From: Curvularia clavata
Lineage: Eukaryota
DNA: 64,000 nucleotides
Reading direction: 5' to 3'
Assembly: GCA_023920165.1 (NCBI GenBank)
Contig: CP089276.1
Span: 4,092,001-4,156,000, forward strand
The translations under genes and the position numbers were made by a program. The notes under the pieces are model-generated. The model ran no database searches. It saw only the letters and a program-made list of their open reading frames with translations, and was not told where the DNA came from. Of this stretch, positions 14,214-28,196 are shown one piece after another (the stretch's first letter is position 1; each line of letters starts with the position of its first letter).

Positions 14214-17200
14214 ATGGTCTCGCAAGAACCGCGCAAGAGCTTTGGCTCGGTGCTTAGCACGGCCAAGGACAAGGACACGACGCTTGCTGCGCCCCAGGTC
14301 TACGCAAAAGCCCCAGCCTCATCCACCGTCTCCGTCGCAAGCAGCACCGACGACTTGTCCAAGAGCGGTGACGGCGCTACCGACCGTCTCAGGAGTCGCC
14401 AGAACTCGGACGCTGGCCGGAGTGACGCCTCCTCGCAGCGTCGGCGCATGTCCAAGATTTTCAAAAGCCGCAAGAAGCAGGCAACCTCCATCTCGGCCTC
14501 TGCCAGCCGCGAGGACCTGTCCCTGCTCGACTCGGATGACAATGTCCCACCAGTTCCTGAATTAAAACGCCCCAACATGGGTCATCCATACCAGAGCGAC
14601 GACTCGCTTGGCCTGGCAAAGAGCGTTGCTAGCAGCCTCCTCACTGACGACTCCGACCCTGAAAAGTAAGTGTCCCGATTCCCTATCCCATTACTAGTTT
14701 CGGGCACAGACGCCTACTTCGAGCGCTCAACGGTGCTGCATATGTTTAGGGGTTTGCGTGGCAAGGTCGGGCCCGGTAGCACTGGCCCTGTCGTCAGCAC
14801 CGGCTCCACTGCGCCTAGGCATACCTATGTTCTGGCCTCTAGCTTCCCCACCCGCTGCTATCCCTCTCTCTCTCTTGCACATGGTTGCATACCCGTCTCA
14901 TACCATCCCTGACCATCGCCCTTCTTTCGATTCATCTTCGCATCTTGCCATCCTCCCGCCTCGTATTCTTTTGTTCTATACCCCCGCGCGTCGCTCGAGT
15001 GCTCCACTAAATTAGTTGCAGCCTTTCATCACAAAAGCGCCCTGGCATATCACCACATCAGTCCCATGCCGGTCTTCTGACCCTGTCTTCGCCTCTCATA
15101 GCCTCCGAGACAGTCACTTCCACCGATTCTGCGGATGCAACTCTCGTAAACTCCCTTGCCTCGACCGAGGAGAACAGCGGCCGGTCTGCTAGTACTGGTG
15201 ATATTTCTGCGAACAAACGGGCCGTATCCCCAGTTGGAAAGCTCAAGGGTGCCTTTACGCCCAGTCGGAGAACAACGACGGTTCCAATTGCTCCCAAGAA
15301 CGGCAGCGACACGGACATTGCAAGGCCGAGCACCAGTGGAGGCGGCCTCGGTTCTTTCTTTGGAGCGAAGAAGCGCGACGCCAAAGCTGTCGATGAATCT
15401 ATAACGGCCTCACCACCACAGATACTCATAGACGGAGCGGCACGATCAAGCCCATCGCCTAAATCGGCGCCGCCTAAACGCATCATTACAGCCAATCTAC
15501 CGGCGGCATCTCCAAATTTAATAGAAGCGCCCACGACATTCATAACTCCACCTACACCAACCGATGGAAACGCATCCTCTCCTACAGAATCAACACATTC
15601 CAGCAACGGTCCGACTCCAGCTGCTGCGCAGCCAAACTCCAACGTAGTCGCGGCGCCCCCGACCAACACGATATCGCACAGACGCGGGCGATCGGCGACA
15701 AACCCCCCGAGCAAACTATCGCATTCGTCTGTTCCACCCCTAACCCCTCACCCCGAAGAAACAAAAACTCCAGGAGGGACTGCGGTATTGCCTTCGTCTC
15801 CCGGTGGAACCGGTGGCTTCTTTGCTTCTATCTTTTCTGCTGCGCAGAACGCCGCGAGCAATATAACCGACACCATCAACATCAACCCAAACGCCAAGAA
15901 CAAGGCTAGTCAGCAACAGAAAAAGGAGGACAAGGATACCGAAGACGGCGGCGAGGAAGTCATTGGCCCAGCAAATACCGATACACCTGCAAAAGAAGGC
16001 GTCGAGCAGCGCAGACCAGCCGTCGAAACACTTGGCTCCGGGAACCTTAGCCTTGAGCAACTTGGCATTACTGACACCCAAGAGCCCAGCCCCATGTCCT
16101 CCGCGACAAACATAGCCATGCAAACAGACGAAGCTTCCGCCAAGTCTGAGGACAGGGCTGCTGCCCAGGCTGTCTCCGCTGCATACGCAGGTGAAAAGGC
16201 CCCTTCAGTAGCTAGCCAGCGTCCGCGGTCGCTGACTGCTGTCTCTGGACAATCGGGAAATGGTGCTGGCTCTCCTCCCCATCAGCCCGAGATTACCGAC
16301 TCACCAGCCTCCATACAACGGCAAGGCAGCGTCCGCAGCCGCATAAGCGCTGGCAGACGGAGACGGCATAGGGGTAGCTCCGCCACCACGGGTAATACAC
16401 TGGGCGCCGTCATCAGCGCAAGTACGAGTACATTGGCCCCAAGTGCAGCACTGCAAAGTCAACGCTTAAACGGAACCGGATTTGCAGTGGCGCCACCTCG
16501 ACGAAACAAAGACTTCCACAATCTGTTCAAGAGTGTTCCCGAAGACGATTATCTGATCGAGGACTATAGCGCAGCCCTCCAAAAGGAAATCTTGCTCCAT
16601 GGTCGCTTATATGTTTCCGAAGGCCATCTTTGCTTTTCCAGTAACATCTTGGGATGGGTAACGAACCTCGTTATCAGCTTCGATGAGGTGGTATCAGTTG
16701 AGAAGAAGTCCACTGCTGTTCTGTTCCCCAACGCTATAGTCATCCAGACTCTTCACGCTCGCAATGTGTTTGCCTCGTTCCTGTCGCGAGACTCGACCTA
16801 CGACCTCATCATTGGCATATGGAAGATATCTCATCCCAACCTCAAGTCTTCTCTCAATGGTGTCACGCTCGATGGATCGGGTGGCACGGGTGATAAGACG
16901 GAGAAGGCAGAGTCTGTCGGCAGTGAAGACGGATCTATTCAAGATTCAGACGACGAAGTGTATGATGAAGACGCAGAAGATGATGATGGCGTGGGTAGCT
17001 TCACAGAGGCGGGCGAGGGCAGTGTAACTGGCAGTGAGGTTGGTCCTGTGCCGGTCGAAGCAAGCCGAAAGGTCAGTGGTGCTGTAGCACAGGCTGTTGG
17101 CGGCGGTGGAGACGGTGCAGATACTGCCAAAGCCACAACAAATGGGGCTGCTCCTACAGCACAAGACTTCCCTGGCTCATCGGCACATGCACCTACCGAG

Positions 17201-18373
17201 TGTGGTGACAATGACCAGCATTATGACAAGCTGCTTATCGACACTACCATCCCTGCACCTTTGGGCAAAGTGTACAGTTTGATGTTTGGGCCTGCTTCTG
17301 GCACGTTTATGCGCAAATGGCTGGTCGACGACCAAAAGTCTACTGACTTACAGATGGAAGACGACAAGAAAGGGCTGGGTGAAGATACAAAGACCTTCAA
17401 TTATTCTTACATCAAGCCGCTCAATGCACCTGTTGGACCGAAGCAGACCAAGTGCAATATTTCCATGAGCCTCGAACAATTCGACCTGGACAAAGCTGTG
17501 AGTGTGCTCTGCAGCACTGCAACACCAGACGTGCCCAACGGAAGCATCTTCCTTGTCAAGACAAGGTATTGTTTGATGTGGGGACCGGGGAACAGCACGC
17601 GTCTGATCATGACTTTTACTGTCGAATGGAGCGGAAAGAGCTGGCTGAAAGGTGAGACAAAGATCCATGCCTGATGGCTCGAGACGTATTAACGATGACC
17701 AGGTCCCATTGAGAAAGGTGCAAACGATGGTCAGATGTCGTATGCCACCTCTCTTACAGCTGCTCTCCGCATGGCCGTAAGCGCCGTCAAAACGGGTGGC
17801 GCTAAAGGCGCTGCCAAGGGTGGAAAGGGCAAGAAACGCTCCAAGGGCAACCTTTTGGACGACGCGCCTGCACCCGCATCAACTCCTGCTCCAGTCAGCC
17901 AAACCAAGGAGAGCAACTGGGGCTTATTGGAGCCGCTGCGAAGTTTGCTCGGCCCGGTTGCTGATGTGCTCGAGTCAGTCTTTACTCCACAAGTGATCAT
18001 CTTCATCCTCGGAGCGCTCCTCATGTACACATGGCTGTTCCGCGGCACCACTGGCGTCAGCGGTCCGAATCAATGGTCATCTGCCCAACGACAAGTGGCG
18101 TACGAAGAAATTTGGCGCCACGAAGAGTCGGATCTCTGGGCCTGGCTCGAAGAAAGGGTCGCGTTAGACAGAGTCCACAGTTCTGTTGTTACCGGCTCGA
18201 GGCTTCAGCCGGATACCGAGTTGCACAATCGTATTTCGCCTAGGGATATGAAGGAGAGGGATATGGACGAAGCTATTCGCGTCACGGAAGAGAAGTTAAA
18301 GGCGTTGAAAGACGCAGTCATGCGCCAGCGCTCGGAATCGCGTACTGCAAGCCCTAAAGAGGAGCAGACGTAG
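14214..18373 (+). CDS. Lam/Ysp2-family membrane-contact-site sterol transfer protein (GRAM + VASt/StART-like + C-terminal TM); introns about 14666-15015/15021 and 17652-17703
   Basis: GRAM: RNKDFHNLFKSVPEDDYLIEDYSAALQKEILLHGRLYVSEGHLCFSSNILGW. VASt: YSYIKPLNAPVGPKQTKC, TPDVPNGSIFLVKTRYCLMW. TM: VIIFILGALLMYTWLF. Confidence 0.92.
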
Positions 18374-20645
18374 TAGATCGTAGACAAACAATTGATCAAC
18401 AAAGGTCGATTCACCCTGTACATTATACACAAGACTTGCGCATGGCGACGGCGTCTCTCTTATTATTTCCTGTTTCTGTCTCTGGTCTTTCTTCTTCTTC
18501 TTAGCCAGGTGTCGACTGGAGTTTTAGCTTGGCTCTGGGATTTGGAACTCGCTGTTTTCTGTGTTTTGCATCATATATTCGTCGTATCGACATTGCCACA
18601 CAAGCACACATTTTACAAAGTCCACAAACGTTCCGTTCTGTTCTGTTTCGTTTGGTGTTTCTGAAAGTGTTTCGAACTGATACTGACGTCGTGGGCAATC
18701 ACAATCTCACTTACTTCCTCCCTTTTTTTTGGCTTCTGAGATAAATGTCGCTTTCACAAATGATTGGATGATTTGTTAACTGCATCTATCCTATTTCGCC
18801 CCAATCGCAAGTATCTTCACTTGCACCACTCACTCGTATATCCATCTCGCTTTCCTTCGTTCAGCCCGCCACACAACTCCACTGGCACATTTGCATAAAA
18901 CACCCCTGTTTCACGCGAGCGAGTCAAGTTCATCCCTCTCTTACAAACTTTCAGCAGCAGCGCGCTCCGCGGCATAAACGCAAGCGTTGGTGTGTGTGAC
19001 GTGTGTCTAGTCTGAACAACGAAAACGGTTTACTAGGTGGATGTGAGGATAATGCATGCTGGAGCTGAGCTTCTAGAAAGGTCTAGATTGTGTTTTACAC
19101 AGGAAAAAAAACTGGCTTTTCCCAGCTATTTACTTGTACCTCTGATGCTGTGGCTGAGATTCTGGAATGCTTCAGAGAAAGAGAAGTTTAGGGGGGCAGG
19201 GGTAGGTTGTGTTGAAGGACGGGAGATGGCGTGGTGGAGGCACGGATGGCGCAGATGGCGGGTCTCACGATTAATGTATGTACATAGAATGCGCGGCGGA
19301 GAACGGAGGAAGCCGGTGCGAGGGGAAGTAAAGCTTAGAGGATTGGCGAAACCGCTTTGAGGATTTGCGTACGAGTCGACTCAATTGTACGAGATGCATG
19401 GGTTTGGACGAGAAAGGGTAGATATAGCGAGGATAGCACATTGACGATCATGTGGATGAGCGGATGACTGGAGCGTGGTCATAAGATGCAGGATATGGGT
19501 AGATCGTGTATCTGCCTTTCTGCCCTATACACGAGGTTAGAATGTGCTTGCATATGTATTACTACATATCCATGTAGATCGATCGCTCGTGTTTCAAGGT
19601 ATATTATCATTTCAGGTATAGTGATGTGCACGCTAACACCTAGCCGGTATACTCCTATGTAGCTGTCATGATAGTCATCATACCGTTGGAACTTTACCGT
19701 ATCGTATTCTGATCAAGTACTGTTCTTTTCGCAACTCTCGCTTCCGGATGCGCATCATCCGCTCTTCCCCATGGGCTCGTTACGGTACGTACGTCAAGAC
19801 GCCGCGGCCGTGAGTCGTTCCCCTTGGCAGCATCACCAACGTCTGATTTAAAGTTTCGCCTCACACAGGCTTTATGCTGTTTCTCGAGCCCACTGATGGA
19901 AGATTAGGCTGTTTCACGTTCATGACTTGGTCATTGTCAGGTGTGCTCTGAGTGTTTGGGTGACAAAAAAACCTTTGTTCATGGAAATATGGAGGATGGG
20001 AAAGAAACTTGGTTGGTGAGGTAGAAAAATGGAAGAGTATGATGATTGACCAGGCGAGTATCCACCCCCGTCCACTCCGAGGAGTAAACCGTGACGGATA
20101 CATACAAACCCGCAACAGAGAGTCGTCTGAGGTGGGGAGAGAGACGAGTTATAGAGTTTATCCAAGTTCGGCACAGTCACGGCTTTTCTTTTGTATTTGC
20201 CTCTTGGGCCCAGAAGTAGGCATGATTGGCGTGCTGAGAGGAGGCGATACGACGGAACAGCAGTTCTAACACTGTGCGTATGTGTCTGTTTGGCTGGCGA
20301 AAACAACAGTACATGCGGACCCTTGACCCCCCTTTTTTGGTATTTATGTTAATATCATGGCCCGTTAGCGGGTGGCAGATGTCATGATTTATCTCAATCG
20401 GGTTTCTTTCTTTTTACTTTCCCCGAGATAGGTGCGCGTTTGTTTCCGTACACAAGGCACATGGTGTAAGGTGGTTCCTTGCCCGTAAGCACTTGTACAG
20501 TGGTAAGAGAATGGTCTCTCCCTCGGCCAAATATCTCTGTTTGGTGGCCTACTTTATTTCTAACTCCCTGCAGGCAGCCTGGTCTGAAAAAACACCGCCG
20601 ATATACTTCTTTTGTGTGCCAGCATACCAAGGAAGAGGAGACAAC

Positions 20646-21931
20646 ATGACAGGCACATATCTAAATCCCAATGGCAAGGGATCAAGCGGCATCCTTGCTC
20701 CACTCGAAGTAGTAGCGCAATGGCCAAAGCCAAACTATGACAACCCCGTCAGACGGCCGAAAATTGTAGTGCCGTTGGTGTGTATACTAGGCACAGTCAT
20801 GCTTGCTATCGTGGGCGCGAGAACATGGGCGCGGTTCGTCATACAGAAAAATGGAAAGATGGATGATTGGTTTATGTTACTTGCAATGGTAAGAAGGGAA
20901 AAGAAAACTTCCTATTCTACCTTCTGGGAGTCCGATACACCTATTCATAACTAACATGTCGACTTGAACAGGTTCCTGCCATCGGGTTCGCAGTCGTCGT
21001 AGTCCTCGGTACGTGACTCTTCTCAACACCCTGGGTGTAACCCAACAGTTCCCCCTCCCCTAGAGTTCAGTCCCATTGCTAATACTACCCAGCTACCGAA
21101 GTCTATAACTTCGACCGCCACATCTGGGACGTCCGGCCCCCTCTCTATCCCGTGCAACGCAAAATTGTCTTCCTCGTCTACCTCCTCTATGTCCTGACCT
21201 CGTCGCTTATAAAAATTTCCGTCTTACTCTTCTACCGCCGCCTCGACTCGCGCAGCATTTCACGTACCTTCCGACTCGCGACGCACCTCAGTATCCTCTT
21301 CATCCTGATCTTCCTCGCCGCTTTCACAATCGTGCTCTGCACGGGATGCCAGCCCCTTGAGGCGTTCTGGAACCAGTTCGATGTAAAGCTGCAGCTGGAG
21401 GGTTATGCGTATACGTGCTGGTACAATGAGGAGGCGGATATCATGGCCGCGACGACTATAAGTGCGGTGCAAGATGCGATTACAGCGGGCTTGCCGACAC
21501 TGCTTTACTGGGGGCTGAGGATCCCAAGACGGCAGAAGATTGCGCTTACTGCAGTGTTTGCGGCGTCATATATTGTGGTCGCGGTGTGTGTGGTGCGGGT
21601 GTATGTTATGTGGGAGATTTTCAATAACCCGTTGTATGATGGCACGTGGACGACGTGGCCGGCACTTTTGCTGGTTATTCTAGAGGTGAATCTGGGTGCG
21701 ATATTGGCGTCCATTCCTGCTTTGAAAGTGTTTGCCAGACATTACTTTGAAGGTAGCGTTGTTGGAGGCAGCAGAGATGGTATTTCGAGGCAACGCGCTG
21801 GGTTTCGTGGGCCGAGCGATGTGGTGGAGTTGTCAGTGCTGTCGAGGACGCTGCGTGGGGATGAGGAGGGCGATTTGGCATTGCTGGATTTCAAGAAGAG
21901 CGAAACAAGGGACGAGAGGCTGCCTATTTGA
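20646..21931 (+). CDS. PTH11-like (fungal rhodopsin-domain) integral membrane protein, no CFEM domain; 3 exons
   Basis: WPKPNYDNP, ARTWARF..DDWFMLLA, HIWDV, LIKISVLLFYRRL, CQPLEAFW, LEVNLGAILASIPALK; several hydrophobic helices. Confidence 0.88.
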
Positions 21932-22228
21932 GAAGAGTGGAAAGATCGTATTATTACTGGTGCTGCGTTGCTTGTAGTGACATGAATATTCATGAACGAG
22001 AATGTACCAGGATGAATGTTCTGGTTACATTGATGTCATAAAGTATCCTCATTACGGACTTGGAGTTTCTTAAGCTTTGGCTTTCGTGGTCATCATCACG
22101 CAGGTTTCAAAATTCATATATGTGCCGGTTTCTTAATTCAGGTATCTAATATGGTATTCATCTACCCGATGGAAAATAAATGTCAAATCCATCCAATTCT
22201 CTTTCTATCTCAAACCATCTTACAAATG

Positions 22229-23120
22229 TCAAGATTTTGGATAATTCTTGCTATTAAACTCGTCGACAATTTCTCGTGCTGCCTTGACAATCTCTACCGC
22301 ACCCGGTGAATCCGAGTGGCAGCACAACGAAACCTGGTAATCACCGACGGGAAGCTGCAATTCCTCGCCTGTGGCAGCTGTCACCATTGCGTTCTCTACT
22401 TGGCTGCGGACATGTTTCCTCGTCTCATCTGGATGCCATGGCCTATAAGCGATCAGTAAACCAAGACACATTGATATAAGCAAATACACAATCAACAGCA
22501 TACTTTTTCTTACGGTCAATGACAAGCGTTTTGTCCTTGTTGTACTTGACATCACCGTACAACTCTGCCACAAATGGCAGACCCATTTCTCGAGCGACTT
22601 CTTCATGCAGCGTGCCTGCGAGCCCAAAGACTGTTGTTCCCGGTGGCACGCCGGCGTATACTGCGCGGCAGACGTCTTTGTCTCTATACATCATACCGTA
22701 CAAGACACCGTGTGGTTTCACATGATGCAGCGTCATGCCTTCGGCGTCTAGAAATGCCTTGAGCGCTCCGACTTGGTACCGCACTGCAGCAGTTAGTTCC
22801 TCGGGCGACATTTTAATTTCTCGTCGCCCGAAGCCCTGGATATCGGGTAGCCCAGGGTGAGCCCCTACGGCTATGTTGTGTTTCTTGCATGCAAGGACGG
22901 TTTGATGCATGATCAAGGGGTCGCTGAAAAAGGAGCGTGGTTTGTTATTTGAACTTTTCCTTTTATCTGAAGTCATCCATACTCACCCCGCGTGGAAGCC
23001 GCATGCTACATTTGCATGGTCAATGAGAGGAATTAGCTCGTCGTCTGGTCCGCATTTGAAGTTTCCGTATCCTTCACCGAGATCAACGTTGATCTTGACT
23101 GGGTGCTTGATTGCTGGCAT
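22229..23120 (-). CDS. lamB: LamB/YcsF (PxpA, 5-oxoprolinase subunit A-like) lactam utilization protein; 3 exons
   Basis: [75 protein letters not shown]. Confidence 0.92.
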
Positions 23121-23588
23121 TGTGGGTATATGTCTTGTAGGCTGTCTTGATGTTCAACGTAGGGTCTGATTTAAGAATGAGCGTCTAGTGTGATCATCAA
23201 GATAATTACCAGATATCGGTAGTATTCAGTATCCACTCCGGTCGTCCATCCGTCTCCAATCTACTCCATCTGTCAGACGAGATCGCGTCACGTCTCCAAA
23301 GTTTCGTTATCAACCCCGCCCTTTAACACTGCCACGGTGACGTCGCTCCCACCTTCGACACGTCGAAAACAGAACACGCGCGTGTCGGGCGCCAATTGCA
23401 AGTCTGCTTTCTCCGATGATGAGGGGCTGCCTCTTCGGTAGGGACGGAGACAGGCGGGAAGAAGGCGGGGTTTTTGGAGATACTTCCGGGCAGACGGCTC
23501 CAACGATGGCTTCATTAATTGTCGCGTGTGCGCGACTACATGGTACGAAGCTCAGTGACATATAATGTCCTGATTTTTTTTTTGTAAA
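23121..23588. promoter_or_regulatory. Bidirectional lamB/lamA promoter with GATA (AreA-type), SYGGRG (CreA-type) and CCAAT elements
   Basis: AGATAA 23200-23205, TTATC 23307-23311, CCCCGC 23314-23319, CCAAT 23392-23396, GCGGGG 23465-23470, all between the divergent ATGs. Confidence 0.5.
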
Positions 23589-26500
23589 ATGGAAAAGCTA
23601 AAGACGCTGCTTATTGCAAATCGTGGAGAGATTGCGGTATGTAGAGAGTTAGAGCCCGCGGAACGATCCCTCCGCCACTATCGATACATTAGAGACCAAT
23701 CTAACCCTGTACATCGTAGGTCCGCATCTGCAAGACCGCGAAGAAACTTAACATTAAAACCATTGCCATCTATTCTGAAGCTGATGCAGCGTCTCAACAT
23801 GTGCGTGATGCCGACGAAGCAGTGTTGCTTCCAGGCAGCAACGCGACTGCATACACAGACGAAGAAGCTGTCTTGCAAATAGCAAAGGAAAAAAGGGCAG
23901 ATGCAATCATCCCAGGTTACGGGTTTTTATCAGAGAACGCGCATTTCGCACGACTAGTTAGTGATGCAGGGATCGCATGGGTAGGGCCTTCTCCTGAGGC
24001 AATTGAGGCATTTGGTGTCAAGCATACAGCAAGGGAGCTAGCAGAGGCAGCCAATGTACCAATTGTCCCTGGAACAAAGGGGTTAGTCGAGAATGAAGAA
24101 GCAGCTGCCAAAGAAGCCGAACGTATTGGCTTTCCAGTCATGCTCAAGGCAACGGGAGGCGGTGGCGGTATGGGCCTCATCACCTGTAACAAGGTCGAAG
24201 AGGTACGTGATGGTTTCCGCATGGTGCAGTCGAGAGGCAAGACACTGTTCAAGAATCCCGGCGTCTTCATTGAGGCCTTTTATCCTGCCAGCCATCACAT
24301 TGAAGTCCAAGTTTTTGGCAACGGCCAGGGCCAGGCAATACATTTCGGCGAGCGCGAGTGCTCCATCCAAAGACGGCATCAAAAGGTCATTGAAGAGTGC
24401 CCGAGCCCGTTTGTCGAAAGACATGCCGAGTTGCGCAAGAAGCTAGGTGATGCAGCTGTTCGTCTCGCCGAATCCATCAAGTATGGTTCTGCAGGAACTA
24501 TTGAGTACCTGGTCGACGACAAGTCAGGAGATTTCTTCTTCCTCGAAATGAATACTCGGCTTCAGGTTGAACACGGCATTACAGAGCTGTGCTATGGCGT
24601 CGACTTGGTAGAGCTTATGCTGAAACAAGCAGACGCACAGCTCACAGGGAGACATGGTCTTGATGGTAAGATGTTGAAAAACATGCAGCCTTCGGGTCCT
24701 ACAGGATCGGCTATTGAGGCTCGCATCTACGCCGAGAATCCGCTCAGAGACTATGCTCCTTCGCCTGGTCTGCTTCAAAAAGTTGAGTGGAAGGATATAC
24801 CTGGTAGTCGCATTGACACATGGGTGTTTACGGGTGTCCGGATCACCCCTAATTACGGTATGTTTTTATCTCATTATTATGTCTGAATTGAGATCAGCTT
24901 TTTGCAGCTGGATACAAACTCACGCTTTCCAGATCCCCTCATAGCCAAGGCAATGGTCCACTCTCAGTCTAGAAACGATGCAATCGCATCCATGAAGGAG
25001 CTTCTTACAAAATCTCTCGTAAGCGGACCACCTACAAATCTTGAGTTTCTTGCATGCATTCTGGATGATACTCGTTTCAAAGATGGCGACACAATGACGA
25101 GCTTCCTCAAAAACTTGCAGTATACGCCTCATGCTATCGACGTTGTATCGGCAGGGGCATATACTCTTATCCAAGACCTTCCAGGAAGACCAACAGTAGG
25201 CAAAGGTGTGCCCCATTCTGGACCGATGGACCCTATAGCGTTCCAGATAGCAAACATGCTTGTAGGAAACCCTCGTACAAAAGAAGCTCTAGAGCTTACT
25301 TTGAGTGGACCGGAGCTGCGGTTTATAGGCCCTGCTATCGTAGCTCTATGCGGTGCCCCGATGGAAGTCAGTTTGGACGACAGGGAGTTCCCTATGTGGA
25401 CCAGTGTAAAGATTGAAGCTGGGCAGAAGCTCAAAATTGGCAAGACGACTGGCGGCGGCTGCCGTTCTTACCTAGCCATCTATGGCGGGTTTCCATCGGT
25501 TGCAGACTATTTTGGCTCGAAATCGACCTCGCCACTAGTTGCCATTGGAGGATATCAGGGGCGCGCGCTTGCACCAGGTGATTTGCTCCAAATAACAGAC
25601 GCAACTCCAGATGACTTCACAAGCGTATCGCTTCCCGAGCATTTGCGCCCAGTCTACAAATCAAGATGGGAGATTATGGCTATGGTTGGACCGCATGATG
25701 AGGGCTACTTCGACCCCAAATTCATCGAGCAGATCTACGACACTGAGTGGAAGGTGTCTCACAATGCCTCACGAAGCGGTATTCGCCTAGTTGGCCCGGT
25801 GCCGAAATGGGCACGCAAAGACGGTGGTCAAGGCGGCGCTCATCCCAGTAACCTGATCGAGTACGGATATCCACTAGGCACTCTGAACTGGACAGGAGAC
25901 GATCCTTGCATCTTTCCTGTAGACTGTCCGAACTTTGGCGGATTCGGTCGGTACATACCTTGCACTTCGACTAAAAACTTTTGCTAACTTCATATAGTAA
26001 GCAGCACTACAATTATCAAAGCAGACTGGTGGAAATTAGGGCAGGTAAAGGCAGGCAACACTGTTCGGTATGTTCGAGTTGGACTCGAAGATGCATTGAA
26101 GAAGCGCAAGTGGAACGCCCGGTTCCTTGACTCAGTGGAGCAAGCCATCAAGAACAGAGGTACGTTTCAGGGCATCGACAAACTGCAGGGTGCGCATTGT
26201 GAATTCCACACCGGTGACATCGGAAAGGCCGTGATATGGGAAAAGGCAGAGGATGCAAGCACGCCTCAGGTCAGATATCGTCAAGGAGGAGACGACCATA
26301 TCTTGGTTGAGTACGGCAACGAGGACTTTGACCTCAACCACCGTTGTCGTGTTACTGCGCTCGAAAACGCTATTCGCTCTGAATCGACACCCGAGGCAAT
26401 CAGATCAGCGATTTTTAACACCGTCGGATGCTGCACAACGCTCCTCCTGCACTATGACGGTACCAAGATTTCTCGTGCGGACCTCGTCGCTCATCTGCAG

Positions 26501-27573
26501 TCCATCGAGTCGAATCTTGGTGATCTAAGAAGCATGAAAGTACCTACGCGTGTGTTCAAGCTGCCCATCTCATTCGAGTCTAAGTTGCAAGACGAAGCAA
26601 CTCAGCGGTACATGACGAACCAGCGCCCGCATGCACCATATCTTCCAGACAATCTTGCCTTTGTAGCCAAAAACAATGCTCTCACCCCTCAGCAACTCAA
26701 AGAAATCTACCTCACAGGCCAGTTTATGGCCGTCGTAGTGGGTTTCTTCTGCGGAAATACAGTATCTCTACCTGTCGACCCCCGCCAGCGCATTACTGCC
26801 CCAAAGATGAACCCCAGCCGCGTCTTCACTCCCGAAGGTACTGTTGGCTGGGCTGGAAGCTGCATGTCGATCTACCCAGTAGACTCGCCAGGTGGCTACC
26901 AAATGACTGGTCGCACCGTTCCCTGCTGGGACTACTATTTCTACAAACCAGGCTTCGATCACAAGCCCTGGATCTTCCGCGACTTTGATATTTTAACCTT
27001 TTACCAGGTCAGCGAGCAGGAGCTCGATGACTTGCTGGGCAAGTTCCGCGCTGGCAAGTACGAGTGGAACTATGAAGAAATCTCATTCGACATGGCGCAG
27101 CATAACGAGCTGTTGCACACGACGCAGGACGAGGTTAGCGAGATCCGAAAGCGTCAGGCTGTCGCGCAGGAGGAGATGACGAAGGCGGAGAACGAGAGTT
27201 TGGAGCGCTGGCGTAAGGAGAAGGCAGAGAACCAGGTAGATGAGGGCACGGTAGAGAAATTGCTGGATGATCCGAGTGTTGTTGGTGTTGAGGCGCCCGT
27301 TGATGCCAATGTGTGGAAGGTGGAAGTGAAAGAGGGCGATGTGATTGGAGAATCGACAGTGGTGAGTGCTCAAAATAGTCCTTGTTCGCAAACTGGAAGG
27401 TTGGGCTAACAGGATTTCAGATTGTCATACTGGAGGCAATGAAGTTGGAGATTGCGGTCAAGACGCCTGATGCTGTGGCGAAGGCGGGAAAGATTACAGT
27501 GGAAAAGGTGCTTGTTAAGCCCGGGGATACAGTGAGTGCGGGTGGACATCTGGCGTTACTGAGGAAGGCTTGA
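23589..27573 (+). CDS. lamA: LamA / urea-carboxylase-like biotin enzyme (biotin carboxylase + PxpC-like + PxpB-like + biotinyl domain); 5 exons
   Basis: LLIANRGEIA, PGYGFLSEN, GGGGMG, RECSIQRRHQKVIEE, EMNTRLQVEH, SRSGIRL, SPGGYQMTGRT, biotinyl motif EAMKLE. No amidase domain at the N-terminus. Confidence 0.88.
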
Positions 27574-28196
27574 GTACTATGAGTAGTCCTTTAGGGATTT
27601 TTGATTGTATAATGTCATTGAGGTATCGCTAATGCTATTGGTATGTTCATGGGATGGGCCTGTGATAGTAACACTTGAGGCAAATGTCTCTGTAGCAAAA
27701 CCAAGCCTAGAAATGAGTTAGGATACAGATGGTGGAACTCAGAGCTATTCCTGCTGTGAGCTCTATTTATCCTTGATCTCACCTTGCCCCTTAGCTAGGT
27801 CATGGTGGTCTGAGCCCTGATCTCGAGTCAGAGGCGTCGGGGATCACCTAGTTCTTCGCTCTCCCACACCCCGCGAAACCGGAAAATGGCAGCCTACAAA
27901 AGTCACTTAAGAGCAAAGGGAAATTCATATCCATCCCATTTTTACACTGCAAAGGTAGCTGTAGCTGTTATAGTTATTCATTTTTTAAAATATTTCTAGC
28001 ATATACAGCGCTAGTTTCAAACGCAGCGTAATTGTCACAGTCATGTACTATCTCGATATTAATAACGTGTACTTGTAGATGAGCTCGTGTGATATTTCAA
28101 TTCTGGGAGAGCTTCGGCAGTCACTTTTATAATGGTTGGCGTAATGATATTTCTAACAGTACAAAATAGTGACTGCACTAGCAGAAGCACCAACCA

